Shown here one piece after another: positions 49,401 through 61,385 of a DNA stretch of 64,000 bases. This DNA comes from Klebsormidium nitens (lineage: Eukaryota; Plantae; Klebsormidiophyceae): NCBI GenBank assembly GCA_000708835.1, contig DF237219.1, positions 1 to 64,000 on the forward strand. Direction: 5' to 3'. The notes under the pieces were generated by a model, which saw nothing but the letters and a program-made list of their open reading frames with translations, made no database searches and was not told where the DNA came from. The position numbers and the translations under genes were made by a program. Within the stretch, counting starts at the first letter, position 1. Each line of letters starts with the position of its first letter.

Positions 49401-50585
49401 CTGTGGGCAAAGCTCCGGGGTACTGTCTGAACAACACCTGGGAACGTTTACCCAAGTTTGAACAACGGATACCCCAGCTCGGAGCACGCTTTTAAGAGGC
49501 AAAAAGATCGCTATTTCTAAACCATTGAGCTACGTCTTTAACGCTTTTGCATACTTTGTGCAGAAGTCGACCCGGGTGACCCCGGCTTACCTGGTGTATG
49601 GATGCCCCTTCATCTTCAACACGTATGGGGGCTACAGCTTGCTGGGAGGTAAGCAGGCTGCTACTCTGCCTCGGCACGGCTCATCCAATGGGGCAGGGTC
49701 AGATTTCAAAACCTGCTGGTTGAACCTTATTTCAATTGAGTGGCAGTATGGCTTCATAAACCCAATTCGCGTTACGTTTAAATGTTGTACCAAGGGGTTA
49801 TCTAATGGAAAGCGACTGTTTCAGTACGTCCTGTACATGTTTTTGTCACGTGGCTTGAACGTATCATAAACGACCGCTGTCTCTTGTGTTCCTGCTAGAA
49901 CGGCTCACCTTAACAAAGGGCTTAAAGCTCTCGTCATCCGCCTAGCTACGCCATTGATGGTGACTTTGGTCTTGCTTGAAGAAGCACGAGCTTGGTTGTG
50001 CCCCCGGATACTTTGACTGGTTGGTACGGGTTAACGTTGTTGGTCATTATCTAACACGACCTTCTCTGTCTTACAGATTATGCCATGCGAAATCGTACGT
50101 GCCAACCTCCAGCTGGTTTGTCTTCATTGCTTATGTGGTTCTTGCTCATTGCATGTTTTCAGCGGGAAGCAGCGCTTCCTTATTTCTTGGTGTGCCGTTT
50201 CGTTTCCTTCGCTGCTACTGTTCGGTCCCTCGAAGTCCGGAGGTTCTCCTTCAACCTTCTGCAGGTCCAGCTTGTTGCCACCTGCGTGCCTCACCCTTGG
50301 CGGATTGACTTGTTGCAGATTATTTTACCTTCGACAGAACGCGACAGCTTATCGGATTCGCAGCCTTGAACTGTAAGCGGGAATCTGTCCTTCCCATTCG
50401 TTTCAAGCTCTCAGCGCTGATTGTGGTGGTGTCCTGGCAATAAGAACATCTCTTCAGAAAGCTATTACTCCTTGATGATCGATACAGCTTATTGATACCT
50501 ACTTTCCCTCACGAGTCCTTAAATCCTTGTTTTCGCAGGTTCGACGTACCAACCTCGGTCTAGTTCTGCGCTTATAGCGTTCTAA
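46483..50585 (+). CDS. Secreted A1 (pepsin-like, plant atypical/TAXI-type) aspartic protease
   Basis: Signal peptide MTFSPGTLVYLSTLMLVVLAGGVEA. Motifs: LYWATLKLGTPP..VQIDSGSDLLWIQC (Asp1), ITFG|C, NGLAGLGRSNLSIPSQL, FSVCLG, AIFDTGSDL (Asp2), GDYAMRNHYFTFDRTRQLIGFAALNC. The last exon (50539-50585) is tentative. Confidence 0.92.
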
Positions 50586-51497
50586 CAGTTGGCAATGCCA
50601 TAACCCCCTTCTTGTATCAAAGCAGCAGCGCGAAAGCAAGGACACATATATCTTTGCAAAAGCGTTAGGTAATGTATTATTTGAGGCTAGCTTTTGAGTG
50701 ACTGCCTTTATTTATTGGTAAAAGAGGTATTTTATTTTTTGGTCGTTTGAGTCCACCATTTCAGTGGCAACCCTTCATACCGCCGGTCGCCTATAGTCAG
50801 TTTCTGGCCCTCCTGGGCCGCAAACGTTTGAGCCAAATTTTTGCAAACTATGAACGACAGTTTGCTATTCAGGCATCATACTTCTCTGCACCCAAACTCC
50901 GCTTCACCAGCTATTGGAGTCCTGTTCATGCTCTGGTACAAGTCGATACCCAGTGTGTCCTTGTAGAAAGTCAGCGCACACCCTGACACCGGCCATGGGA
51001 CAATGTACATCCGTTGATTGATGGAGGCAGCCCCCCACTTGGGGTGGCTGCGTCGTCGACATTGGTCGATGCCGCCTCCTAACTGCACCGACCTCTTGAG
51101 AAATTCTCTGAAAAATGGTCGCCTGGGATGCCTCCGCAAACTTTCTGTTTTGACACTTGGGGCCCCGCTTATGTCGATCGCAGTGTGTTTTGGAGCTCAG
51201 AACTGGGGCCACCGCCACATCCGTATTGACTGTCAACAAATGAATACAACAATTCAGATAAAGTTGCAGCCGTGAATGACCCCAGCTAGGCCGTGGCCCT
51301 GGACGCAAACAATGACCATCTCATCAAAACCAATTCAGGGTGACTCGAATGTTCGTTGCAACTCGGCCAATCTGCCTCGATACAAGCTTCAAATCCCCTT
51401 GAAATTGCTGCAGGCCCATCGATTGGTTCATTTTTGTAGTATGGATGCAGCTAGCTCCGCGCTGTATGTAGTTGACCCTTGAGTTGTTTAGTTGCAA

Positions 51498-51523
51498 CAC
51501 GCCCTAGCCATGGCTAGGGCGTG
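51498..51523. repeat. Perfect 26-bp palindrome
   Basis: CACGCCCTAGCCA|TGGCTAGGGCGTG with no spacer. Confidence 0.9.
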
Positions 51524-52170
51524 ACATATTCATACTTGACAATCGGGTGCAGCTAGCTAAATGAGCAACCTAGTAGCAACTCATAAGCCGGCTCCTCGAT
51601 CGCAAAATCATCTCGGCGGCACTGATACATTGATTTATGCATCACGCAAGGATCTCCAGTCAGATATTCATAAATGTGTGGCATGCATTCTACGATTCAT
51701 CCACCAGTGCAGCAGGCGCTTGCACACCATGGGATCATGCATGTGATGTTGGGGGCAAGAATTGAAGCTGTCTTTGCCACCCGCCGGAATAAAAGTTAAG
51801 CAAGAATCGTCATCCTCATAATACATCTTGTTTTTCGTTTTCCTCTTTGTACGCACATAAAATCTTCATGCAACCCAGATCGACAAATATTTCAGTTGCT
51901 AGATTCTGACGACAATTATAAAAGAGCTGGAAAATGTAAACGTTCTATGGAGGTGCTAACGGTAGAACTCAACGAGCCATAACATGACAATCGAAAGTCT
52001 CACCTTCTAAATCTCACAGTCCTGTTCTCCTTACACAACCAAAGTTTTGCAACTAATGGCAGCAGACGTCGAAAACAATCTAAGCATCCCCGCACCCTGT
52101 ACAAGACATGACCTCAAGGGCATGTGAAAGGACTCTCAGTCACCAGCTCGTACTTTCCCGGAAAAGAAGA

Positions 52171-53273
52171 CTAAACCGTATGCTTGCTATCGCCGAGGGC
52201 TCTGATTATACTTCCTACGCCTACCTTCTCAGTCAATTTTTCATGTAATCGCAAGCATTGGTCGCAAATCGCTTTTTCTCCAGAAGCAAGGCCTTTGTAC
52301 AAGTACCTGGACAAGACAAAAGAGTAATGGCGTCTGGAAATGTAGGCAGTCCTGCTTGACAGCAACTGGGACACCCTCTCCAACACTCGACCATTCAAGG
52401 CTTTGAAGAAATCTCAACACTCGGTATTCAGGGCTTGTCAAACAAAGCTCAGGTTTCAGCAGACTTTATCAAAATGGCGTGTTTACCATGAGGGCGAAAA
52501 GTAACTTACTTCATCAGAATATCGGCTTCCTTTGAGGAGAGCTGACTCAAAACTGGGTCTACCTCCTTCACGGACATTATCGCCTTCAGCATGACGGCAT
52601 AATTGGCATCCTGCAGTATTGAAAAGGAACACTTTTTGGCTCAAGAGTGACTAACAATCTGGAAGCAGCAATCCTGCACTCTACACATGAAGTCTAACGC
52701 TCCTCTACCATGCATGAAAGATGGAGAAGCAGAATCTTTACAGCCCATAGAAAAGACGCCGCTCGGGAAAACAGGCTGTCTAGTGGTCACTTGCACAGAC
52801 CTTACAGTTTTCGTCCCGTGTGTTCGTTGGAGGATCTGCTAAGGCGGTCTTAAGGGCATCTGCGACTTGCTGCCTGCACATCGGAGGGTGTACTTGTCTG
52901 GTCAAACATCTGAATGTAGCAGACTTTCTGGTATGAAAGTGACTCTGGGTACAAGAGCTTCATGGATGAAAGCTACCGGGGGACAGAGTAGACGTGGAAG
53001 TAGGAGATGATTTACCTTAGAGATGCCAAGATATGATGGTGCGGTCAATGTACACACAGGACTGCCTTCTCTCCACAGAAGGGAGCTGGTCCAAGAAGGG
53101 GACCGATCTGACAAGGCGATAGATGCACGCTAAGAGGCTTACTTCCTAAGAAGCGCGTCCACATCCTTTCCACGCTGCTCAATTTTGGCCATGATGAGCG
53201 CTGGCGCCTCATTCGTCTCATCGGCTTCAGGCGCAAGCTGTTCACCATCTCCACCATCTGCGTCGTCCGCCAT
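52171..53273 (-). CDS. ARPC5: Arp2/3 complex subunit 5 (p16-Arc)
   Basis: Four exons give IMAKIEQRGKDVDALLRK|QQVADALKTALADPPTNTRDENCK|DANYAVMLKAIMSVKEVD..EADILMK|YLYKGLASGEKAICDQCLRLHEKLTEKVGVGSIIRAL. Confidence 0.93.
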
Positions 53274-53816
53274 TACAATCACAATGTCCTGAAAAACTCT
53301 TTGAGATAGCACGTGGGCTGGCAAGCTTAAAAAAGCAACGAGCTTCGCAGATTGCGCTGCTCAATGGACTGCCCTCTCAGTGTCAGGAGAAATGCAGTTC
53401 ACCAACTTCCAAGTGGCGTTGCCCAATTTGCATGATGTGCTATCTTCAAGAATTAGGTCTCAGAACCCCTCGGAAACGGGGAGGCCCATGTCACTAGCTT
53501 CACGTTCGTCAATCCAAGGGGGTCCCCCTAGTTTGGGCCTTATCGTCCGTTCGATGAGGGTCAACTGAAGCCCAGCTCAGCCGGATCTTCCTGTGCGGAA
53601 AACCCCGCCCTATCTGATCGTCGCTGTGCCCTTGCCCTGCACATACATGTGGTTAAAACTGGGACGAGCCTCAGAGGCCAGCGATCAGGTGATTTGTAGG
53701 CAGGTGCTAGGGAGGGGTGGGTTGAGCGCTCGGGAGGGGCAGGGGCGTTATTGTAGCAGGGTGGCAGGGGTCAGGGTGGAAGGTGGGCGGGTGGTGGGGC
53801 TCAGTGGACTTGCACC

Positions 53817-56373
53817 ATGGAGACGGACCTTCTGGATCTTCCCCTGCCTTTGTTAGGATTAGTCCTTGCAAAGCTTCAGAGTGTCGCCGATGTTGCCTCA
53901 GTCGCCTGCAGTTGCAAGGTACTGAGAAGTGCTTGCCAAGAAGCCCCGCTGGCTCTACGAGTAGAGCCTCAGGAGGTTGGTGGCGATGTTCCGCTATCAA
54001 GGGTCCTGCCTTTGAAGGTGGCGCTGAAAGGGATCTGTGAAACACTCAACAATGTTGTCGCCCTGGACCTGAGAGGTTGCGCGGTGTCAGACATGGACCT
54101 CCACTTCCTTCAAAGCATCTCTGCGCTGAGGAGCCTGAATCTTGGGGGGTGTCAGAAGCTGTAAGTTTTGCAAGGTTTCTCAACCGTTGAAAAGTTGTAC
54201 ACAGTGTTTTACATCAGCCTGGCTCAAACTTGTTTCTACAAGGTTGTTTACTAGGAAATCTGAGATTGCTATCTCCAAGAGGTGGCTGGTCGGGCGCAAG
54301 ACTCTGCTGGTTAACCACAGCGCTCCTCGCTTTACGTGCTTATCGCTTTCTGCGGGGTTTTGTTTCTGGTCGGTGGTGCTTGTGGTGGGCTCTTTTCCTT
54401 GTTTTTGAAAACTCCAGATTCAGGGGCTGTTGTTCTGCACGCTGAGCTGAAGCCAATCTGGATCTTTGTTTGTGCAGAACGGTGGCAGCCGTGCAAGCTC
54501 TTAATTCAGGCCAATTTGGGCAGGGACTCGAGCTGCTCAACCTGCAGCGGTGCTTCCGGATGTGGACCGCTGATTACAGCTTGCCTTTGCTAGAGCTCCT
54601 CACGGGAGCAGGGTCTTCTGGCCGCTTCCTCAGGACTTTGCTCCTTAGCCACATCTCCTCCTTGGACGCCCTAAAAGCCATTCTCGAGCATGACAAAATA
54701 AGCATCCTGGGGCCTTCGTTGTCAGATGCGAATGCTTGCCCTCAGTCAGGAGGGCCGCCTGCAGAGGTAGGGGAGTCACCTTTACAGAGGGTGCGCCTTG
54801 CTGGCCAACGTCTGCGAATCCTTGCGATGCACAACTGTGGCAAGATTGAAACGGAACATCTTCTTGCCTTGGCGACTGCCTCAAGCAAGCTTGAGGTTCT
54901 ATGCCTTGGGGGCTCAAAAGTGGATTGCCAGAGAGTAGATGAGGTGGCCGACGCATTTTCCAGATTCCAGCAGCTGCGCTTGCTTGAGGTCACCTTCTGG
55001 GAAGGGCAAGGAGCATGGTCGAACGGAAATGCCAACGGCTCAGTTTCCTGTGGGACGGCACTTCTTGCCTCTCTCCGGGCATCCCTATCCTCCAACCAGC
55101 AGCAGCGTCAAGTGCGGGTCTGGGACCTCTGCAACACTAAGGATCTCGAGGAGGCCCACTCGTGGTTTCATAGTCATGCATCAGCTCAGGAGAGAGCCGC
55201 TCTCACTGCGGCTTCGAACTGCTCCGATCAGCGGCGGCGCACACCCCTGCATGTAGCTGCATCAAGGGGAGACACCGCATCAGTGGTCCGCTTGCTAGCG
55301 CTTGGGGCGTCAGCAGGAGGGGAGGGAGTAGTGGTTGGAGATGGTCCACGGGATGTCGGGGGGGCAACAGCGCTGTTCCTAGCCGCCGAGAACGGGCATG
55401 CGGGCTGTGTAGACGCCCTTATCCGAGGGGGTGCCAATGTCCTCGCTGCCAACCGGGGGAACGAGAGCCCACTGTACATAGCTTCTCTGAAAGGTCATTG
55501 CGACGTGGTCGCGGTGATGTTGCAACACTGCCACACGAGGAATCTTGAGTGGCAAGATGCTAACGCGTATGGTGAGGATGTCCTTCTCAGCTTTGGAGGC
55601 AACGCAGTTTTGGAGTTGAGTCTGATTGCCACTGTTGCTAGGCAGTTGTCAACATGTTATGCTGTTGTCGTTTTCTGCACAGGCCTGCCCTTTGTCTCAA
55701 TGCCCATGTCGTTGTCTGCACAATCCCTTTCCTGTCGCTCACAAGGAGCTGGAAATACGAACGGTGACCCAAACGTTACACACGACCTGCAGGGGATGGG
55801 TGGACACCCCTGATGGCTGCTGCAGTGGCCAACCGTCAGGATGTTGCTAATCTCCTGCTTCAGACAGCGTTTAAGGAGAGTGCATCTGAACCGCCGGACC
55901 TCCTCCCGCCTGGGCTACCCTCCTTCGTCTCCAGCACTGTGCTAGCTCGAGAGACCCGTCATGGCCTGCACTCAGGGGCCCAACTAGGGCCCTCAAAACG
56001 GGTCAGTTTAGGTGTGGATAAAGAGCAGATTAGCAGCTTCTCAGCACGCGCTGGCAACTTGGGAAGCATTCCCCTCATTGATGCTCGGAACAGGTATGGA
56101 AGCACGGCGCTGCATATCAGCGCAACGAAGAGCCTTACTTGGTTTGTTCTCAATCTGCTTACTGCTGGGGCAGATTGGCATATCCAAGATTCTTATGGCT
56201 TAACCCCGCAGCAGGTTGCTGCAAAGTTAGGGCATAGGGATGTTGAGCAGATTCTGTCGAAGTGGGATGTTGATTTGTCGGGGTCGTCAAAGCTCCCATC
56301 GGGTAGGTCGCGTGCAAGGGAGCGGCGAAAGGGACGGGCTTCAAGGAGGTTGGCTGCATCTGGAGACTCTTAA
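53817..56373 (+). CDS. F-box / LRR / ankyrin-repeat protein
   Basis: Exons 53817-54160, 54478-55571, 55793-56373. F-box-like start (LLDLPLPLLGLVLAKL..VASVACSCKVLR); AMN1-type LRRs (LRSLNLGGCQKLT, LRILAMHNCGKI); ankyrin repeats (RTPLHVAASRGD, ATALFLAAENGHAGCVDALI, ESPLYIASLKGH, GWTPLMAAAV, GSTALHISA). Confidence 0.88.
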
Positions 56374-56914
56374 CCGGGTATCACACGTCAACGAACGAAC
56401 AGGGAGCCCGAGTCACAACTTGTCGATTGCAGTCAAGTCGCAGTCAATTTACTGAGCTGCAAATCGTTGCAGGCATGCCTTACTTGCACGCAGAATTACA
56501 TAAGGGGTCGATCAATTGGGTGTCTCTTGACACTTCGATGAAAATGACAAACGAAATCATTACATCCACCTGCGAGGTGTCTCAGCACAGGCATTGCATT
56601 GAATGGGCTTGCATGATTGACCAGATTACATGCTGAATTCTAGTAATGGTGCACTACTCAAATCGTTGTCCCTTTCCGTATATTTGTTACTAATAAGACC
56701 ACGTGTCTGAGTGCGGGCAGCTGGCTGGCAACAAAAGGAATTTTGTTTCAAGGTTGGCTGAGAGTTGTCATGTAAATTACTAGTGGCACAAATATGGTTC
56801 GAATTGTCCTGCAAGTATGTACACGTATATACTAACTGGTCACCACCGGACAGAAGCGCAGCTCTCCGACCAATCGTATATGCATGCGGCCGGCTAGCTC
56901 ACCCGTGTCATTAA

Positions 56915-57669
56915 GGTGGTAGGACGGTAATTCAGGTTGGATTGACCCTGGTTTACGTTCTGGTTCATAGAATGTTCAAAACTAAACCAAATCAGGTTTC
57001 GTCTTCTCCAATGGCTTCGAGACACCCTCGGGGTCCTCTCGAAGCTCCTCTAACCACCTCGAAGTAGTTTGGGTCAGTCTGAGAAACCCTGCCAACTCCA
57101 AACAACCTGGTTCAAAGGGGTATTTCCATTGGATTTTCTGCCTGTCAACTGCCACGATAAATTTCCTTCGAACAAGAGGAAATCACCTTCGGGGCAAGCT
57201 GGGATGTCAAAAACATTTTTCCAAAAAAAATCTGACGGAAATGTGCACCGCCAGGGGGGAACATACCTGGTCAACAACCTGAGAAAAAACCATTTTGAGC
57301 ATATAAGCTGGGAGTTTTGACCATTAACGGTGCACATTTTCGTCAATATTGTGATTTAACCGTTCGATAGACATCCCAGCTTGCCCCGATTCAGTTTTAG
57401 GGGGGTCAATGAGAATTCTATCATTTCGTTTTTCTGACGGCCAAGGGTTCATGTAGGGGGGTAAATGTTCAAACTTCCTCAACTTCAGACTTTCCTCGAC
57501 AAGTCGTCAGTGAGTTCGAGGTGGTCCCAGAGTGCTCGAGGGGGCCTCCTTGGTCCCCCCCGAAAGATGCAAAAGACGGGACTCGATTTGACCACGTTAT
57601 GACCAAGTTACGCCCCTTCAAACCCTAGAAACCCTCTTTTCTGGCTGAATTACCGTACGTCCTACCACC
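56915..57669. mobile_element. Non-autonomous foldback/MITE-like DNA element with TIRs, flanked by TTAA
   Basis: Left end TTAA|GGTGGTAGGACGGTAATTCAG; right end CTGAATTACCGTACGTCCTACCACC|TTAA (4-bp indel). Internal inverted-repeat blocks are centred on ~57289. No coding capacity recognised. Confidence 0.8.
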
Positions 57670-58377
57670 TTAATTATCATGTAGCTAGCTATACCGCGAA
57701 CTTGATTCGGAAAATCCGTGCGGGAGGTTCCGACCACTTCGACTAGATATATAATTCATAGGTTTGAAAAAGTGATCTCAACTTCAAGTATGCTAAAAGC
57801 CGAACATGGGGCAACAGCTCGATCAGAGACATAAATTCTACCATCTGCATAGGTTTTACATGGCACGCAATGACTCTTCTCTTTGTGCATTGATGATCAT
57901 ACGCATCAATTGAGACGGGCCCGAACCAAAGAATCTCGAAACTCCGCTCGATCTCGGTGATCATGTAAGCGTGCAAAAGGGCACATAACAAAATGGCCGG
58001 AGCATTGGATGGTGCGACCTATCTCGTCATAGCGGAAGCTCTCTAAGTAACCGGCGCCCTTTTAGTCATAAAGTCCTAGTTTCTTTCATGGATGTGCTTC
58101 GTTAGAGGCTATAACATGGTACATTGGACGCGATCAGACCAAAATTCTTCAATATGTCTAGCATCGCTTGTAGAGCCTTGATAGCAAAGCCTCGACCATC
58201 GTTCCTCTTTGATTGTTCGTCATAAAGCAAAGAAGAAAGAAGGTAACATGCACAAAGGCATGCTTCAAAAGCTGTGATTGACCCTTCCTGCATTTCCGCA
58301 AAGGTTCTGCTAAGTTCGTCCGGAAGGCCTTCTTCAAAGGCCTGAAGGACGTTTGCCTCCTTTCATGGACCTTGTTG

Positions 58378-59563
58378 TCAGAGGCTTTTGACGTAGGCAT
58401 CAAGTGTTGACTCAAAAAGCTCACACCTGCACATTCGACCTGTCAAGTAAGCGATGTCCTATTGAAAGACACACGTATGAACCTCCTGATGGACGTGATG
58501 GTTGTGCCTGAGAGATAATCTGGTATTTGGCTATGAAATCGACCCTTAACAAACATTGAAGACATGTTTACTTTCAGAAGGTGGACTATTAAAGACGAGT
58601 TCTTGATTCAGCAAAGCATTGCGCCAGTGCAAGAGTCTTCATGTTAAGAATGTGTCCAGGAAACTGACCGGAAAGGCTGTCCCGGAGTGTAGATGGGATT
58701 CTTGGAGACGTACTCAACATAGATATTGCTGTAGATATTCCTCAGCGCTTCTCGCAGGTCTCCCATCCTTGGATCAGTCACAAGGACAAACTGCGCAACA
58801 AAGACATGCTATGAATCAGCAGCCTCCAGGGAACAGATTGAGTGCCAAGCAAAGGGCCCCACGGACACACAATAAGGGCAACACCAGTCGTCACACCGAA
58901 ACAGATTTAAGTGCTTGGACAACCAAAGTCATGATGCACCTACTGAGCAGAGTAGATTAGAAGCACCACAATAGCACAGATCCGACTCTCAGGACATCTA
59001 TCTTCCATTAAGTTTTTGTGTAGATTATACAATCTCTGACAAACTCTGCTGCCCACCTTGACACCAGCAGCAGTCTCGAAGTAGCTGAGCTTGTAAGTGT
59101 TGGTTTTGAAACTATGAAAGGAGCACCCCTTTCCTGCTTGACCAGCATTGTCACCGCTGCAGAGCACACAGTATCAGTTCTGTTGGACCAGACGTGTAGT
59201 GAAGAGGTCTCAAACAGCACTCCATGTGCTTGGACAATTCAATCACATGCCCATGTTTTGAAGAATTCGGGTGCAGGACGATTGAGGCTCAATTTTACCC
59301 ACGTTCAAATGCGCCTCAAACTATGCAAAGAGCAGCAACGTGGACAGAAAGGAGGCAGCGATAGCTCACTTGATAGGATCCAATTTTGCAGTGAATGATT
59401 TCAGGGAGAAGAGCAAGCCAAACATCAGCTTCTGATCTTCTTGAGAGCTCAGTGTCACCAGTGGTCGCGTCCATTCTCGGTAGTGGATGCATATTCCCTG
59501 CTTGTTATAGACATAAAACGTGTAGATTCCCGGTCTACTTGGCTGATTTAGTTGGTTTAGCAT
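58378..59563 (-). CDS. TRAPPC1: TRAPP complex subunit 1 (Bet5, sybindin family)
   Basis: Four exons give IYTFYVYNKQGICIHYREW..EDQKLMFGLLFSLKSFTAKLDP, FHSFKTNTYKLSYFETAAGVK|FVLVTDP..IYVEYVSKNPIYTPGQPFR|CELFESTLDAYVKSL*. Confidence 0.93.
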
Positions 59564-61385
59564 GGTGAGAAGGAAGCGGGTATATCCTCCTCAACAGCAA
59601 AGTTTAGTGGGAAGAAAGCACGTAAGCCAGCGCTTGTGAGACACTTGTAGAAAGATACATGCTAAGTTTTCAGTCGCATGGAAGCCAATGCTGAACATGC
59701 ATGAAGTGTGCAAATGGCAAGGTGCTGATTTGGGAGAACATTGCCGCTATTTGATTGTATTTGTAGCTGCGCCCCTGCAAGCATTTGATTTCGACTCTGA
59801 GCTGTCGAGACTGGACCGACTCGGAGCTGCAATGTATTACAGTAGGTAGATCGATGGGCGCGCGCGCGATCAAGTCTGCAACAAGGGCGCACGCGCGAGT
59901 TTCAGATCTCTGTACACGGTTTTGAGCGAGTTCGAATTCGCGGCGCCTAGCCAGCCAGTATGGAAGTGGGCAACAAAAGGACTCCTTTTCGGTGATGACA
60001 AATTTGATGTCACTTATAACCACGTACGGCCGTCGATCTCTTCAAAGCGTCACTCGCGCGGATGATCGAAGGTGCATATGGATTTGACGCATAGTGCTGA
60101 GCTTGTGCTCGACGAGGAATCTGAGCTTTTCGTGGCATGTAGCGAATGGTACTCAGACTGCGTTGACTCGTCCCGCGTACAGGGTCACCATCACACGGTT
60201 TGCGGTCGGTACAAAATCACACTGAGCTCAGCTGCGTCTGCTTTGTCCAAGTACAGTAGCGTACAGATTCAAGATTCAGAGCTTTTCAAAGTTTGCACGA
60301 ACGTCGCGTGCTTTTGGAGAGGGAGAGAGGAAGAGCTCGCCAAAGTGTTTGCGTTCATGAACCTTGATGGTATGGCTTTACCAGCTTCTAGGAATGGTTT
60401 TGAAACCTTGGCGGCTTGTTCTTGAGCATCTCGGTGTTGGTAATCGCATAGGGAGGCCGGCACCATGAAATGCTGTACCTTGCGACAGAAACTGGAGAGC
60501 TCCTGGTCGTTGTCCATGTACTGAGTTAGTCGACCTCTTAGTCGAAAGAAGTACGCAATAAGCCCAAGGATTGAACCCACGCCAAGTCTGTCGGTGAGTT
60601 GCTTCGTTTTTTTCATCAGCATTGCCTTTTCTTCAGCTAGATAGAGTTGTGTTCATCTGCCCAAGCACAAGGTCTGATGCGGACAGGTAAATCACCATGT
60701 TGAGAATTGGCTGATTTTGGGAGCCGCATGTTTGTGCGAAGAATGCTGCATGTTAAATGGGCAACTCAACCCCTACTAGCAAGGTAACAAATGCTGAGGA
60801 AGTGCTATTTCGTCTGTTGTGTATGTGCCGAGAGACTTGTGATTGTTCAGGTGGTGCTGTGCCAAGCGTGGCTTTAATTTTAGAGCCGCATCATGTTTGA
60901 CACAGCAACTTTGGATCTTGGAGCCGAGTAGAGCAGGGAGGGATGCTTTAAAGTTCTCGTCATGTGATTGTCACAGTGGTCAAATCTCCTGTTGCAGTGA
61001 GTGTATGGAACGAAGGAATGATCTTTCGCTTCCAACAAGAATTAGGGACCAGCAAATTTTATCTTGCCTGCGTAGTGCAGCATTGCTTGCTTCGTTGAGA
61101 GCCTGTTTAAGTGCATGATTACTGGTTTCTTCATCCCTGGCCTGCAGGGCAAGAGCTATTCTGGACTATTCAATGATGGAGTTGCTCTTCTTGTCCTTCA
61201 ATACCAGGGGGGGTTGTTCAGCTTTCAGGGAGACCACAAAATGCTGTTGCACGACAAGCTGTTCAGAGGTCAATGAGTCTGGAACCAGTATTACTCGCTT
61301 CAGGAATGCTGAATCGAGTTGTCACAGAACAATCAAAGCGGCCAGGCTGATCCGAAGCGTTGTATGCAGGCTAATGCTGCTTGCC

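Noticed and set aside
50750-51480. Overlapping short ORFs
   Set aside because: No homology recognised; compatible with chance ORFs.
60072-60622. 117-aa ORFs on both strands
   Set aside because: Could not be assigned to a family or linked to a supported gene model.
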